Below are positions 22,315-33,796 of a DNA stretch of 64,000 nt, in pieces (positions within the stretch are counted from its first letter, which is position 1; each line of letters starts with the position of its first letter). Source of the stretch: Cetorhinus maximus (lineage: Eukaryota); NCBI RefSeq assembly GCF_964194155.1, contig NC_135887.1, positions 11,718,001-11,782,000 of the forward strand. The letters are read 5' to 3'. A program made the position numbers and the translations under genes. The notes under the pieces are model-generated. The model saw only the letters and a program-made list of their open reading frames with translations, made no database searches and was not told the origin of the DNA.

Positions 22315-22690
22315 TTAAAGCAAAACCCTGCGGATGCTGGAAACCTGAAATAAAAACAGAAAATGCTGGAAAATCTCTGGTCTGGCAGCGTCTGTGGAGA
22401 GAGGAACTGTTAATGTCTCGAGTCCAATATGACTCTTCTTCGGATCCAAATTGAGTTCTGAAGAAGAGTTGTACTGGACTCGAAACGTTGGGCAGAATTT
22501 TATGGCCCCATTTTGGCGGGGACGGGGCCGTAAAATGCGGTGAGACATTCTAAACTTCATTGGCTTCAACGGGAACGTAAAATCCCACTGCCGTAAAATT
22601 CTGCCCATGGACTCTCTTTCCCTCTCTACAGGTGCTGTCAGGGCTGCTGAGACTTTGTCGCATTTTCTGCTTTTATTTCACAAATCTTGC
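22315..22690. mobile_element. Inverted pair of Penelope-type terminal repeats, each with a hammerhead motif
   Basis: The left arm TGCGGATGCTGGAAACCTGAAATAAAAACAGAAAATGCTGG...CGAGTCCAATATGACTCTTCTTC is mirrored by GAAGAAGAGTTGTACTGGACTCG...GCATTTTCTGCTTTTATTTCA. The axis is near 22448. Confidence 0.85.
22490..22606. mobile_element. 117-bp MITE (GGGCAGAATTTT terminal inverted repeat family)
   Basis: Perfect termini GGGCAGAATTTTA...TAAAATTCTGCCC. No clean TSD. Confidence 0.85.
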
Positions 22691-23427
22691 ATTCCTTATG
22701 GCTGTTATCTCTTTTGGAATGCTGATGGGGAAATGATGAAATGCAATGGAAGATTATTGCAAAATTATCGATACTTCAGAGCTGCACTAAGAGAGGTCTG
22801 CCTTGTCAGAACTGCTGTCCTTTGGAGTACATGCTACACTGAGGGGCTCCTGGCTGATCCAGTACATTAAGTGGAGGTTATGAAAATCAAATAGCACAAT
22901 GTAAATAAGAGCAGGAAGTTCTATCCTTTTAATTTGGATCTCGCTGTGTAAAAACTGGCTCCCATTAATGTTTCCTGTAAAATGTTGTTGTTACACGCAG
23001 CCATCTTGTCAATGTATAGCACCAATATTTTTTTTTTGCATAGCTGCACACATGGGGCAGTATCTTGTCCCCTTTAAAAGTAACCGAGGAGTGGGACCGT
23101 TTCCACAGCCAGACCCCGTGTGTGCTGTCAGCGCTCAAGCCTGGGCGATCTTCCCAGAGGCAGCCAATTAAGAGGCCACCTCCAGGTCAGCCCCCTCAAT
23201 TCAGGAAGGCGGGCAGGTCCCTGAGGCTGAAGGGGCAGCAGGCCCACAGGCTAAAGTGGGTGCTGCAGGACAAGGACTGAGAGGGGAGCTTCCATCTTGA
23301 GGTGCCCTCTGGAGAGGTTTAAATTTAATAAAAATAAACTCTGGCCTTAGCTGCCAGGTCAACGGATGGAGGGGAAACCATGCCACAGGAGAACCGGTGG
23401 CCACAGTTGTGGCCCACAGATGGTGGG

Positions 23428-23815
23428 GGGGTTTCCAACCCTCCAGGGTTGGCCTGGAGTCTCCAGAATTGAAGATCAATCTCCAGGACACTGCTGTGTG
23501 CAACCCTGGAGAAAAATCATAGGGACATTAAAAAAGATAGCTTTTAAAAAATTTTTGTTTGAACATTTCGCTTTACCAGATGTAAAACTATTGAAAATGG
23601 TGGTGGGGAGGTGGGGGTGGGGTGGGGGGGGGGAGTGGCTGTTCAGCTGACAGTCAAATATCTTCCATTTGGCTAATGAGTCATTTTGTTTTCCAATTGG
23701 CGTGGGAAGACAGTGTGACACACACATTGGTGGGTTGCTGACTAATGGCTGGAGCTTGGGGCAAGTCATGTGATGAAACCTCCAGGAATACATTTAATCA
23801 CAGTTGGCAACCTTA
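23428..23815. mobile_element. Old non-autonomous DNA transposon with AGGGTTGCCAAC-type termini
   Basis: Left end GGGTTTCCAACCCTCCAGG, right end GTTGGCAACCTTA. A related left end is at about 17950. Confidence 0.55.
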
Positions 23816-24929
23816 TGGAGGGGTGGGGAGGTGGGGGTGTTGGTGTGGGTGGTGAACCGAATGAGGCTCGCGGGCCCCCCTAACCAGCCCTCTCCAGTCA
23901 CCTACTGGTCTTGGCCCTCAGTGGGGGGGCTGCCAGCAAAATCCCAGCAGCGTTTCCCAATCAGTCTAAAAATGGGCAGTTAATTATTCAGATTGACTAC
24001 TAGCCACTGCCTGGTGAGTTGCGTCTTCCAGTATTGACCCATCCTCCAGAGGCGAGAAGGCATCAGACCACTGACCCGACACCAGGAGATCTGAATTTCC
24101 TCCAAGCTTTTCCTTCAAGCCCACCACCATGAGACCAGGAAGAATCCTTCCACAATATTTAACGCAGTGCAAAGCCTGCATGGTACCTTCCAGGCTGCTG
24201 CATGGCTGCATATCCCACACAACTTAGCGGGAACATTGATTGCCACGTTTTCAATCATAACACACTACATCATGTGAAGGAGTTTGAGGTATTTCGAGCG
24301 GCTGCGCTATCCATTATATGAATGAGAAGTCTTTTCCGTCATTGCATCTCAAGAGTTTTAAACGGGGCTGATCATCAGCTTAAGAGCAGGTTAACTTGGA
24401 GAGAATATTACAGCTCTCTGTGGTAAATATGCAAGAGCTTTCACAGCTCCCATTTTCAGCTCTTGACGGGACTTAACTCAACCCCCTTTTGCTAACATTT
24501 AAAAGACCTTTCTCTGGATTGGACAATGAGCAGCAAACACTGTGAGCTAGGGGGGAGCTTTGTACAACTGCTCTCTTGAAGCAGGAGGGAAGCTGCAATG
24601 GAAAGGGAAGAAGGGATGAACAAGGGAAAGACATGCAGAGAGAAAAAAAAATTGGAAAGAAACTAAGTTCAATCCAGGGAGCACAAGTTGAAAAGCCAGT
24701 GTGACAGTTTGGTTGCCCTGTGTTCGCTGTGTACTCCCTTTGAGCACAGCTCCTCAGGGAGCATTGGAACATTGCACTTGCCTGCTACTTTAAAAATAAG
24801 AAATTGGTAAAAATAATATTTTTTTTTAAAATACCGTTTGTCTAAACAGGTTGGGACAATGTACAGTGCTACTTTTGGTATCCAGTACCAGCATCAATAT
24901 TTCCAGCACAGGCCCACGTTGCTGTTTTA

Positions 24930-25075
24930 TAGGACCTTGCTGTGTGCAAATTAACTGCTGCATTTCCTACATTACAGCATTACAATTTTTCACAAAGTAC
25001 TTAATTGGCTGTAAAACATTTTGAGACATCCTGAGGTCAGGACAGGTGCTCTATAAATGCAAGCATTTATTTTCT
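24930..25075 (+). mobile_element. DeuSINE-like 3' fragment
   Basis: TTGCTGTGTGCAAATT..TTTCCTACATTACA..AAGTACTTAATTGGCTGTAAA..CCTGAGG..TATAAATGCAAG matches the 3' half of 43908-44325. Another fragment lies at about 34185-34290. Confidence 0.75.
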
Positions 25076-28000
25076 TTTTTCTCCCTCCTCCAAGTAAGGA
25101 ATAGTCCGGATGCAGATTATAAAGTTCAGTTGGCTTGGGTCAGTCAAGCAGATATATTCTCCACCACAACAGGATTTTGACCCACTGCAGCCAACCTCTG
25201 GTCTGAGTTGAATATCTAATGAAAATTTGTAGTAGGGACCGGCACTCATTTGGAAATGCATTGAGACTGCCCCAATATCTATTATTTCGAGTCCTTACCT
25301 TCAACATGGGAAAGGTATCTTTCATCCCATTAATCTGGACTGGATTCAAACCCAGAACCCAGAGTAAAAGGGAAATGTGTCAACCCATTGTGCTATCCAG
25401 TCCCCTCGAATCATTCATTTCTGTGGACAGTTGAACCCAACATACAATTCCCAATGTTGTCTACTCGTTCAACTGACAGGAAGAAGGCAGATGTTAGGAA
25501 ACAAAGCACACTTTGGTTCTTGGCGGCACATTCATTTACAGTACAAGAGCAGCGTGCAGATTGAGTCAACATGTGTTTCACATTAAACAGCACTGAAACG
25601 CAATTGATCGTCAGATCTGAAGGGGGCAGGACTGGTGTGTCACCATCTTTCCTATTTTGCACATTAAATGTCCCACCAGAATCCAACAGGCAGTGTCTGG
25701 ACAGTGACAAACTCAAGTTCAAACAACCAAAAGATAGCAGGATTTTTGATGCAAATAGCTACCAGCACAACCTGACACCATATACAAATTCAGATACTCA
25801 TGTTCTATTTATATTGTAACTGGAAGGAAAGAAATCAGGAGCAGGGACAGGGATGTAATAGGAATTTTATTAGAACAGCTTGTCCCACTCAAATTATAGA
25901 GAATGAGACAACGATGGGCTTATTCCTGAAACTTCTACATGAATAGAAGCCTGTCTCTGGATTTTATGTGTAATCCAGTTTTTCTAAGCCCCTTGGAATA
26001 TGCATATAAATACATTTTGGCCTTTTGTGGCCTCTTTCCTCTTGGCCAGAGGTGATTTCGCATCCATTGCGTGTTGAGTGCTTCTAGAATGGGTTGGATG
26101 CTCAGTGAAATTCCCGTTTTCCATTTCTGGTGCCAGTCACCCAGACACAATCTATGATCTATGGTTTACCTCTTTACAGCTTATTGTTAAATTTTACTGA
26201 CTTGTTTTCAATGAGGATCCCCTGCCAGTAAAACTGCCTGCATTTGCTCCTATCACAAGCATGTTGTACAAATTCAATACATATTGCCCTGCAGAAACTG
26301 GGTGATCAGTGTGTAATTCCACTCATGCTCATCCAGGCAGTTTGCAAGCAGTTGACAAGCTGTGTAGTCGCCAGTCCATATAAATAGGTGTGCAGGGGAG
26401 AAAGCAGAGTGCACAGAAAATGAATGCTTTCCATACCCATAAACTGCCTTGGGTATATCTTGACTTTGAGTGCAAAACCAGTGATAGTGAGTTGGAAGCA
26501 CATCTTGCATTGCTTCTGATTTTTATTGATGTTGACTTACCAAGTGGGAGCGATGTAAAACAAGATCACGATTCATTATCACACAAAGTCAAAATCTGCC
26601 CCTTATCGTAGAAATTCTTACCCTCTTTCTAAATGGCCAGCATGTCACACAAGTTGACCTTATTGGGAGTAGAATATGATCCATTAACCAAGTTTGCTTC
26701 TAGGCTCCTTGGCTGGGGAATACAGTCTATCTAATCTGCTTCAGAAACCCAAAGGGATAGGAGGATGTGATTCAGAAATGCAACACCAACTGCAGGATAG
26801 TCACTGAGGTAATAGAGAAATGGAACTGCAAATGCTGAAGCCTTTACCATTTGCCATATGACCAGTTTGATCCAATAATTTAAAAGTATTCCAAACGTTA
26901 TTATTGGAAGCCACACTGGACACAGATAAAGATGTCACAATGGAAGTCACGGTGCTCGAGACAAAAGGGTCGCATAGCATGTGCAGTTTGCAGGCCATGA
27001 CAGTGCAGGAAAAGTTAGGTAGCCTGTCAAAAGTCTTACTGAACACACCCTGCCAATAATGTCTACCGAAACTTGGCAGGGAGAAGATGGCGTACAGCAA
27101 CAGACTGGGTGGTGATATTGCAGCATTACCACAATAATGCTCCTTCCAACCTTGGAGTAAAGGCTTCTGGTATCATCAATACGGAGACTCTGTAAGCTGC
27201 TCCTGTCAATGAGGTGGGAGGGAGACTCGTACCAGTTGGTATATACGCATTCTCTTGACTTGAGGAGCAGCTAAGATGAGCAGTTCGATGCTCACCTTGG
27301 GCAATATCAGTTATCTGCCTTATTACTAATGATGAATTCAGAGATTGTAATGGTTAATATAGCTTCCACTTTTTTTTTACAGATTGTGTTGCAGAATGCT
27401 GTGGGACACAGACAGCATCAGGGAGGCACAGTACATCAACGCCTTGGGATTTACAGTTACAAAGGAACAGAATGAAGTATTAATTATTATACAGCACAAT
27501 GATAGTACAGGTAGAAGATCAGAGGAGATGGAGGCCAATTAGGAGGCTGAAAGTGCAGAGTAGGAAGTTGTTGTGCATAAGCTGTCCCTGCTGAGACTCC
27601 TGATGCTGGAGTTTTTAAGTTTTCCTACATTCCAAAAGAAGCTGAATAAACAGGGAACCTGTAGAAGTTCTTAACTCCAGCCCACAGGTTATAGGAAGGT
27701 TGGAATGATGCCTGTTGTGCTGGTGGTGGGCCGATCAACATTCAAAACTATAATATAAAGGATTATTGATATCCATCATGGAGGGATTCAGGAGCCCCTG
27801 ACACTTGCATTGCTTTGGCAAATGAGTTTTCTACCCAACAAGTGGCTGTGTGTGTCTTGAGAAGACTGTTCAACACAGCCTGTGACCACAAGAGAAGCCA
27901 AGTGACTAAAATGTTAACATGAGTCTGTATAGCAACAGCCCCTGACCGACAACTTCTACAGGTACCTCTGAAAGCAGGAAAACCTCATGGATCTTACCAT

Positions 28001-28504
28001 CACAGGTGAAGGGATATTAGGACTAGTCCAATCTGAGAGAACCGTTCAACATCAGCTCTCCCCAGCTTCTGGCCTGTCACCTGATGAACCACGTAGGTCA
28101 CAGCAAGCGAGAACATATTTACCCCTCCCGCTCCCACTGTACTTGTAAGCATGCAGACATGTTATACTAAGGCACATAGAGGCTCCGCTAACATAGACAC
28201 TACTGTAACACAGAGGTGAATAAAAGTTCATTGTTTTATGAAAAGTTCCATTCTGTGGTTTTACTACAAAGGAAGGAGCTAAATTAATTGTGAAAGGGAT
28301 AGAAAAAAGTAACACTCTTACCAAGCAGAAGAAATAAAGGATGTTATCTTTTCTGTACTGTTTACAGCCTTGTTTATACCAATGGAGCGCCCTTTCAGTC
28401 ATCTTTTTGAAAGGCGAATTATCCTTCATCAGCACATCAACATGAGTTTCATTAGTTGCTTGCTCTTTCATTCCACCTCCCCAAATCTCCCCATTTTAAC
28501 ATTT

Positions 28505-28925
28505 ATTTATTACTGGGACATGGGTGACTGGCAAGCAGCCCTTATTACTTGTCAGTGGTTACCCAGAAGACATTAAGAAACATGTAGGCCAGACGAGTTG
28601 GGGTGAGAGACTACCAACCTGAAAGGACATCAGTACTCAAGTTGGGCTTTTATGACAATACATTAGCTTTTTAAATCATAATTTTCTGCTCTCAGCCCAC
28701 AAATTTACAACATTTATTGAATTCACTTATAAACAAACATACGAACATCCAAATTAGGGGCAGGAGTAGGCCACTCAGCCCCTTGAGCCTGCTCCGCCAT
28801 TCAATAAGATCATGGCTAATCCGAATGTAACCTCAACCCCACATTCCTGCCTATCCCTGATAACCTCATGGTAGGATTATAAACTCTGCCTGTAGGATGG
28901 CTGGTCCAGTACTACAATCACTGGT
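28505..28925 (-). mobile_element. Old tRNA-SINE copy interrupted by a CR1 tail (about 28730-28865)
   Basis: ACATGTAGGCCAGAC..AAAGGACATCAGT..TTTTATGACAAT..TTTATTGAATTC resembles 30205-30573. The insert is GCAGGAGTAGGCCACTCAGCCCCTTGAGCCTGCTCCGCCATTCAATAAGATCATGG. Confidence 0.6.
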
Positions 28926-30204
28926 AAAATTGCTTAATCATCTCATCACTCCACTAGTTAGCCTTTTTGGCTTTCTCCTACCTTGGCCTGAAGTCCATCA
29001 TAGGGGTTATCTTTTTTTGCTGGTGTGTGAGAGGCACTCTGCCCTCCGAACAAAAATTAACTAAAAATTAACCATGTCACCTCAAAGACAGTCTCATTTA
29101 CTCGGAGAGGAGTCTCCAGAGAGTGAAAATTAACCTTTACCTGGCATTGCCTAAACTGTCTCGAAGCCAAACACATCAAATAGGTCTTCACAATGTTCTC
29201 GCATAAAAAGGTTTTATTACCCGCTCTACATGAGTCAGAGGAAAAAAAAGACCTCTTCCCTTTACGACTCCTTGAACCACACGCCATCCCTTGTTCTAGA
29301 AGGTGACCTGCTTCCAGACCCCGGTGCGGTTTTAAGGGGCTCCACTTTTTAAAAGACGAAGAAACATTTCATTGTGCCGACTTAATCTGAAGTAACAGTT
29401 ATGGAATTATGTAAATGTGGTATTTTGAAAGATTGAGATTTTTTGTTTGAAGAATGGCAACGAAGTAAACCAAATTTCATCTGCAATAAAGTCTGCAATT
29501 ACATCACCTTAAAACACGAGTGCAAATGGCTGAGAGAAACTCCCCTAACAGTTTGGTGGGTGAAGGCACTGTCCAGAGGAGCACCAAATCAGTGTGGTCC
29601 AACAGACATCACCAACCAGCCGCAGGCAAGGCTATGATGGCACCATTTTAGCCACATGCATTAACCTTAGTATAAAACAACTTAAACACAATTCAGGTAA
29701 AGGCACTTCATGCATATATTTAGTTAAAAAGCATCTACCACTGTTCAACAGGAAACTTTTCTGTCTTTTTCACCAAATTATAGAATTCTGCAATGAATTT
29801 ATCAGACGCACAAATCTTGGTCCATCTTTTAGGCATTTGCCTGGCAACTGTGAGTGATACCTTGATCTCATCGGAGAAACATCGTGGAATCTCAAGAACC
29901 CAAACGACATGAATAGCTGATACAAGATGGCCACTGGGAAAATCAGTGCAGAAATCCAGGTTACGTTCTTCAAACCAATGTCTTGGCAACAACTTCATAG
30001 ACCCAATGGATAGTAATCTCTCCCAAAGCAGACCAGGCTTGGGCAACCTGTGGCCCACAGGCCATTTCCGGGGAGCTTCTAATCCAGCCCATGGCTACAC
30101 CAGGGAAAGCAGGCAAGCAGTGCCGGCAGATGCCGTGTAAGCCGATTGTGTGCGCGCAACTGTTCTCGGCACCTGGCCACTCAACGTCAGGAGCTGAGAA
30201 GATT

Positions 30205-30573
30205 TTATTTTATATTATTCATTCACAGGGTGTGGGAATCACTGGCTAGGCCGGCATTTATTGCCGATCCTTAATTGCCTTTGTTCAGATGGCATTTAAG
30301 AGACAACATTGCTGTGGGTCTGGAGTCACATGTAGGCCAGACCAGGTAAGGATGTCAGATTTCCTTCCCTAAAGAACATTAGTGAACTGGGTGGGTTTTT
30401 TATGACAATTGGAAATGGTTTCATGGTCATCATCAGACTTTTAATTCCATATCTTTATTGAATTCAAATGTCACCATCTGCCATGGTGGGATTCAAACCC
30501 GGGTCCCCAGAGCATTACCCTGGGGCTCTGGATTACTAGTCCATTGACAATACCGCTATGTCATCAGCTCTCC
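30205..30573 (-). mobile_element. tRNA-derived SINE, full length
   Basis: Head with A-box-like TGACATAGCGG and B-box GGTTTGAATCCC. The body is shared with 51383-51758 and the 3' tail with the Zenon-like LINE. Confidence 0.85.
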
Positions 30574-30789
30574 AAAATACAGACCTTACAGAGAGCTTCA
30601 AGGGAACTACTTCCAGCTAAGTTGGAGTTGGCCAGTGATCATAGGTTGGAGATGGTCTTTTCTTTGGGAGTCCATGCAGCTGCCATGTTAAAGTAAACGA
30701 GCACATGTGGAGAAGCAGTGAGACCATGACAAGTTAAATATGCATTCATGATTACTTATTAGGTAACTACAATTTTGATTTGACATAAA

Positions 30790-31162
30790 TGTGAACATAT
30801 AAATTAGGAGCAGGAGTAGGCCACTCGGTCCTTCAAGCCTGCTCTGCCATTCAATAAGACCATGGTTGATCTGATTTTAAACTCAACTCCACATTCCTGC
30901 CTACCCCTGATAACCTTTCACCCCTTTGTTTATCAAGGATCTATCTACCTCTACCTATTTCAAAAATTTTCAAAGACTCTGCCTCCACCGCCTTTTGAGG
31001 AAGAGAATTCCAAAGACTCACAACTCTCTGAGGAAAAAAATGCCCTCATCCCTGTCCTAAATGGGCGTTCCCTTATTTTTAAACAGTGACCCCTAGTTCT
31101 TGAATCCCCCACAAGAGGAAACATCTTTTCCACATCGACCCTGCCAAGTCCCCTCAGGATCT
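30790..31162 (-). mobile_element. CR1 LINE 3' fragment
   Basis: GGAGCAGGAGTAGGCCACTCGG...CATTCAATAAGACCATGG...CCCCTAGTTCT, the reverse complement of the tail of 48110-49520. Confidence 0.8.
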
Positions 31163-31494
31163 AATTTGGTTTTCCTCTTTGGTTTTGGAAGTATGTGACT
31201 TCAAAATTTCAACCTATTTTACACATATGTTTTAATACTCTTTTAATACTCTTCATGAAATGTCAAGTCAAATCTTATATAGTCATATTTCTCCATTTTT
31301 CTCAATCCCTTATTTAAGGTGATGATTCCTACTGAGGTCTGGTGCCATGAATGCTGGTAGTCCAGGATGTGAGTCTGGGGCCTTTAGGTCTACATTGGCA
31401 TAGTAATACACTGAAGAGTGTCTTCACTCTTGTGACTATATATATATATAATCTATTAAAAATCTTGCATCTGTGAGTACATCTTATTCAAAGA

Positions 31495-32880
31495 GCCTTG
31501 GATGTGCTCATACAAGGAACGCAGAAAGTTAGCATGCAGGTGCAGCAGGCAATTAGGAAGGCAAAGTGCATGTTGGCCTTTATTGCAAGAGGATTGGAGT
31601 ACAGGAATAAAGACATCTTGCTAGAGTTATACAGGGTTTTGCTGAGACCACACCTGGAGTACTGTGTGCAGTTTTGGGGCAGAATTTTCTGCCTGGTGGG
31701 CGGGTGGGCCTAGCCCAATCTCCAGCGGGCGGGGAGTTGATCCCTGCTGGAGAATTGGGCCCCGCCACCATTTTACGTGGGTGGGCCAATTAAGACCTGC
31801 CCAGCGTGACACCAGCCGGGAAGCGCAATGCGCTCCCTGTGCGGGCGGGGGGGATTCCCCAAAAGCGAGAGTGCGCTCTTTTGCGCATGCGCATGAAAGA
31901 GCGCACATCTCCCTGAGGCTAAGTGCTGCCTCAGGGAGATCGCTGACACTTGTAAAAAGATTAAAAATAGAAAAGAAAAAATTTCCTAACATGTCCCCCT
32001 CATGTGACAATGTCGCATAAGATGGGACATGTTCAGAATTTACACTATAACTTTATTAAACTTTTTAAAACCCTACATGAAACCTCATCCCACCAGTGGA
32101 TGAGGTTTCATGTTTTTTCTAGTTCCCGCCGGGGCTCCTGGCCTGCCCGCCAACCTTAAGGTTGGACGGGCAGGTCCTTTAATTGTTTAAATGATCCTGT
32201 CAATGGCCTCAATTGGCCATTGACAGGTCGGCGGGTGCGCGGCTGATTTTGCTGTGCCCCTGCCTTCCTGAAAATTTAAATTGGGCGGGATGACGTCGGG
32301 GGTTCCGCCTGACGTCATCCCCGCGTCATTTTACGTGTCGGCGAGCGGGCCCCGCCCCCTGCTCGCCGACGGCAAAATTCTTCCCTTGGTCTCCACATTG
32401 GAGGTGGCACAGCAAAGGTTTACTGATGGGTCCCTGAGATGAGGGGGTTGTTCTATGGTGAGATGCTAAGTAAATTGGGCTCATATTCTCTGGAGTTTTG
32501 AAGAATGAGAACCAATCTCATTGAAAGCTACAAAATTCTGAGAGAGCTTGATATGGGGTAGAAGCTGAGAGATTGTTTCTACAAGTTGGGGAGCCTAAAG
32601 CGTGCGGCCACAATCTTGGGATAAGGGGCTGAGATGAGGAGAAATTACTTCACTCAAATGGTTGTGAATCTTTGGAATTTCCTATCCCAGAGAGTTGTGA
32701 ATGTTCCATCGTTGAATACATTTAAGGCTGGAATAGACAGATTTTTGGTCTCTCAGGGAATTAGGGGCAAGAAAGTGGAGTTGAAGCCCAAGGTCAGCCA
32801 TGATTGTATCGAATGGTGGAGCAGGCTCAATGGCCATATGGTCTACTGCTGATCCTATTTCTTCTGTTCTTCTGTTCAAC
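31495..32880 (+). mobile_element. CR1 LINE 3' portion split by a MITE
   Basis: LELYRVLLRPHLEYCVQFW before the insert and RRNYFTQMVVNLWNFL after it. Confidence 0.85.
31677..32385. mobile_element. 709-bp Harbinger-type MITE with 3-bp TSD
   Basis: Termini GGGCAGAATTTT / AAAATTCTTCCC, flanked by TTG on both sides. Removing the element restores CR1 GCAGTTTTGGTCTCC. CpG-rich. Confidence 0.9.
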
Positions 32881-33239
32881 CTTTTATATCATAAATTTCT
32901 GTAGCTATATTTATAATGGTATCAGGGATGTGGTTTTAAGTTGGGTTTTGTGTTTTGAGAAAATTGAAAATTAGGTATGTGTTCCCTAACAGATGGTTAA
33001 CAAAATGCACTTATAGCAGCTCTTTTAAAATGTGCCATGAGGTTATTAGACCCCAGCTGTAGGACTAAGAGGTAGAGAGAGGATACGGATCACTGTACAC
33101 CCCACAAGATGTGGTGACTGCCTCTGCGATACCTCTTGGTCTGCGCATCTTCTTTCTCTTTGCTTTACTGGTTTGCCCCTGGTGCTTTTTGCAACACCAT
33201 GTTGGAGACCACAGTTAAATTATATTTATATTGGTAAGA

Positions 33240-33513
33240 CAAAAACAAAATACTGCAGAGGCTGAACACCTGAAATAAAAACAGAAAATGCTGGAAGTAC
33301 TCAAGCAGGATCAAGTAGCAACTTGGAGAGACAGAGAGAGATAGAGAGAGAGAGAGAGAGACAGAGAGAGATAGAGACAGAGAGAGATAGAGAGAGAGAG
33401 GGAGACAGAGAAGTGCAAAATGTTTTCGTTGACGGGCAATATGATCGGCGCAGGCTTGGAGGGCCGAAGGGCCTGTTCCTGTGCTGTACTTTTCTTTGTT
33501 CTTTGTTCTTTGA
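33240..33513. repeat. Penelope-type repeat end, (AG)n microsatellite and CR1 tail
   Basis: CTGAAATAAAAACAGAAAATGCTGG, then an AG-rich tract at 33325-33410, then GGGCCGAAGGGCCTGTTCCTGTGCTGTAC(TTCTTTG)n. Confidence 0.75.
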
Positions 33514-33516
33514 GAT

Positions 33517-33796
33517 NNNNNNNNNNNNNNNNNNNNNNNNNNNNNNNNNNNNNNNNNNNNNNNNNNNNNNNNNNNNNNNNNNNNNNNNNNNNNNNNNNNN
33601 NNNNNNNNNNNNNNNNNNNNNNNNNNNNNNNNNNNNNNNNNNNNNNNNNNNNNNNNNNNNNNNNNNNNNNNNNNNNNNNNNNNNNNNNNNNNNNNNNNNN
33701 NNNNNNNNNNNNNNNNNNNNNNNNNNNNNNNNNNNNNNNNNNNNNNNNNNNNNNNNNNNNNNNNNNNNNNNNNNNNNNNNNNNNNNNNNNNNNNNN
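33517..33796. other. Assembly gap (280 N)
   Basis: Run of N. Confidence 1.
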
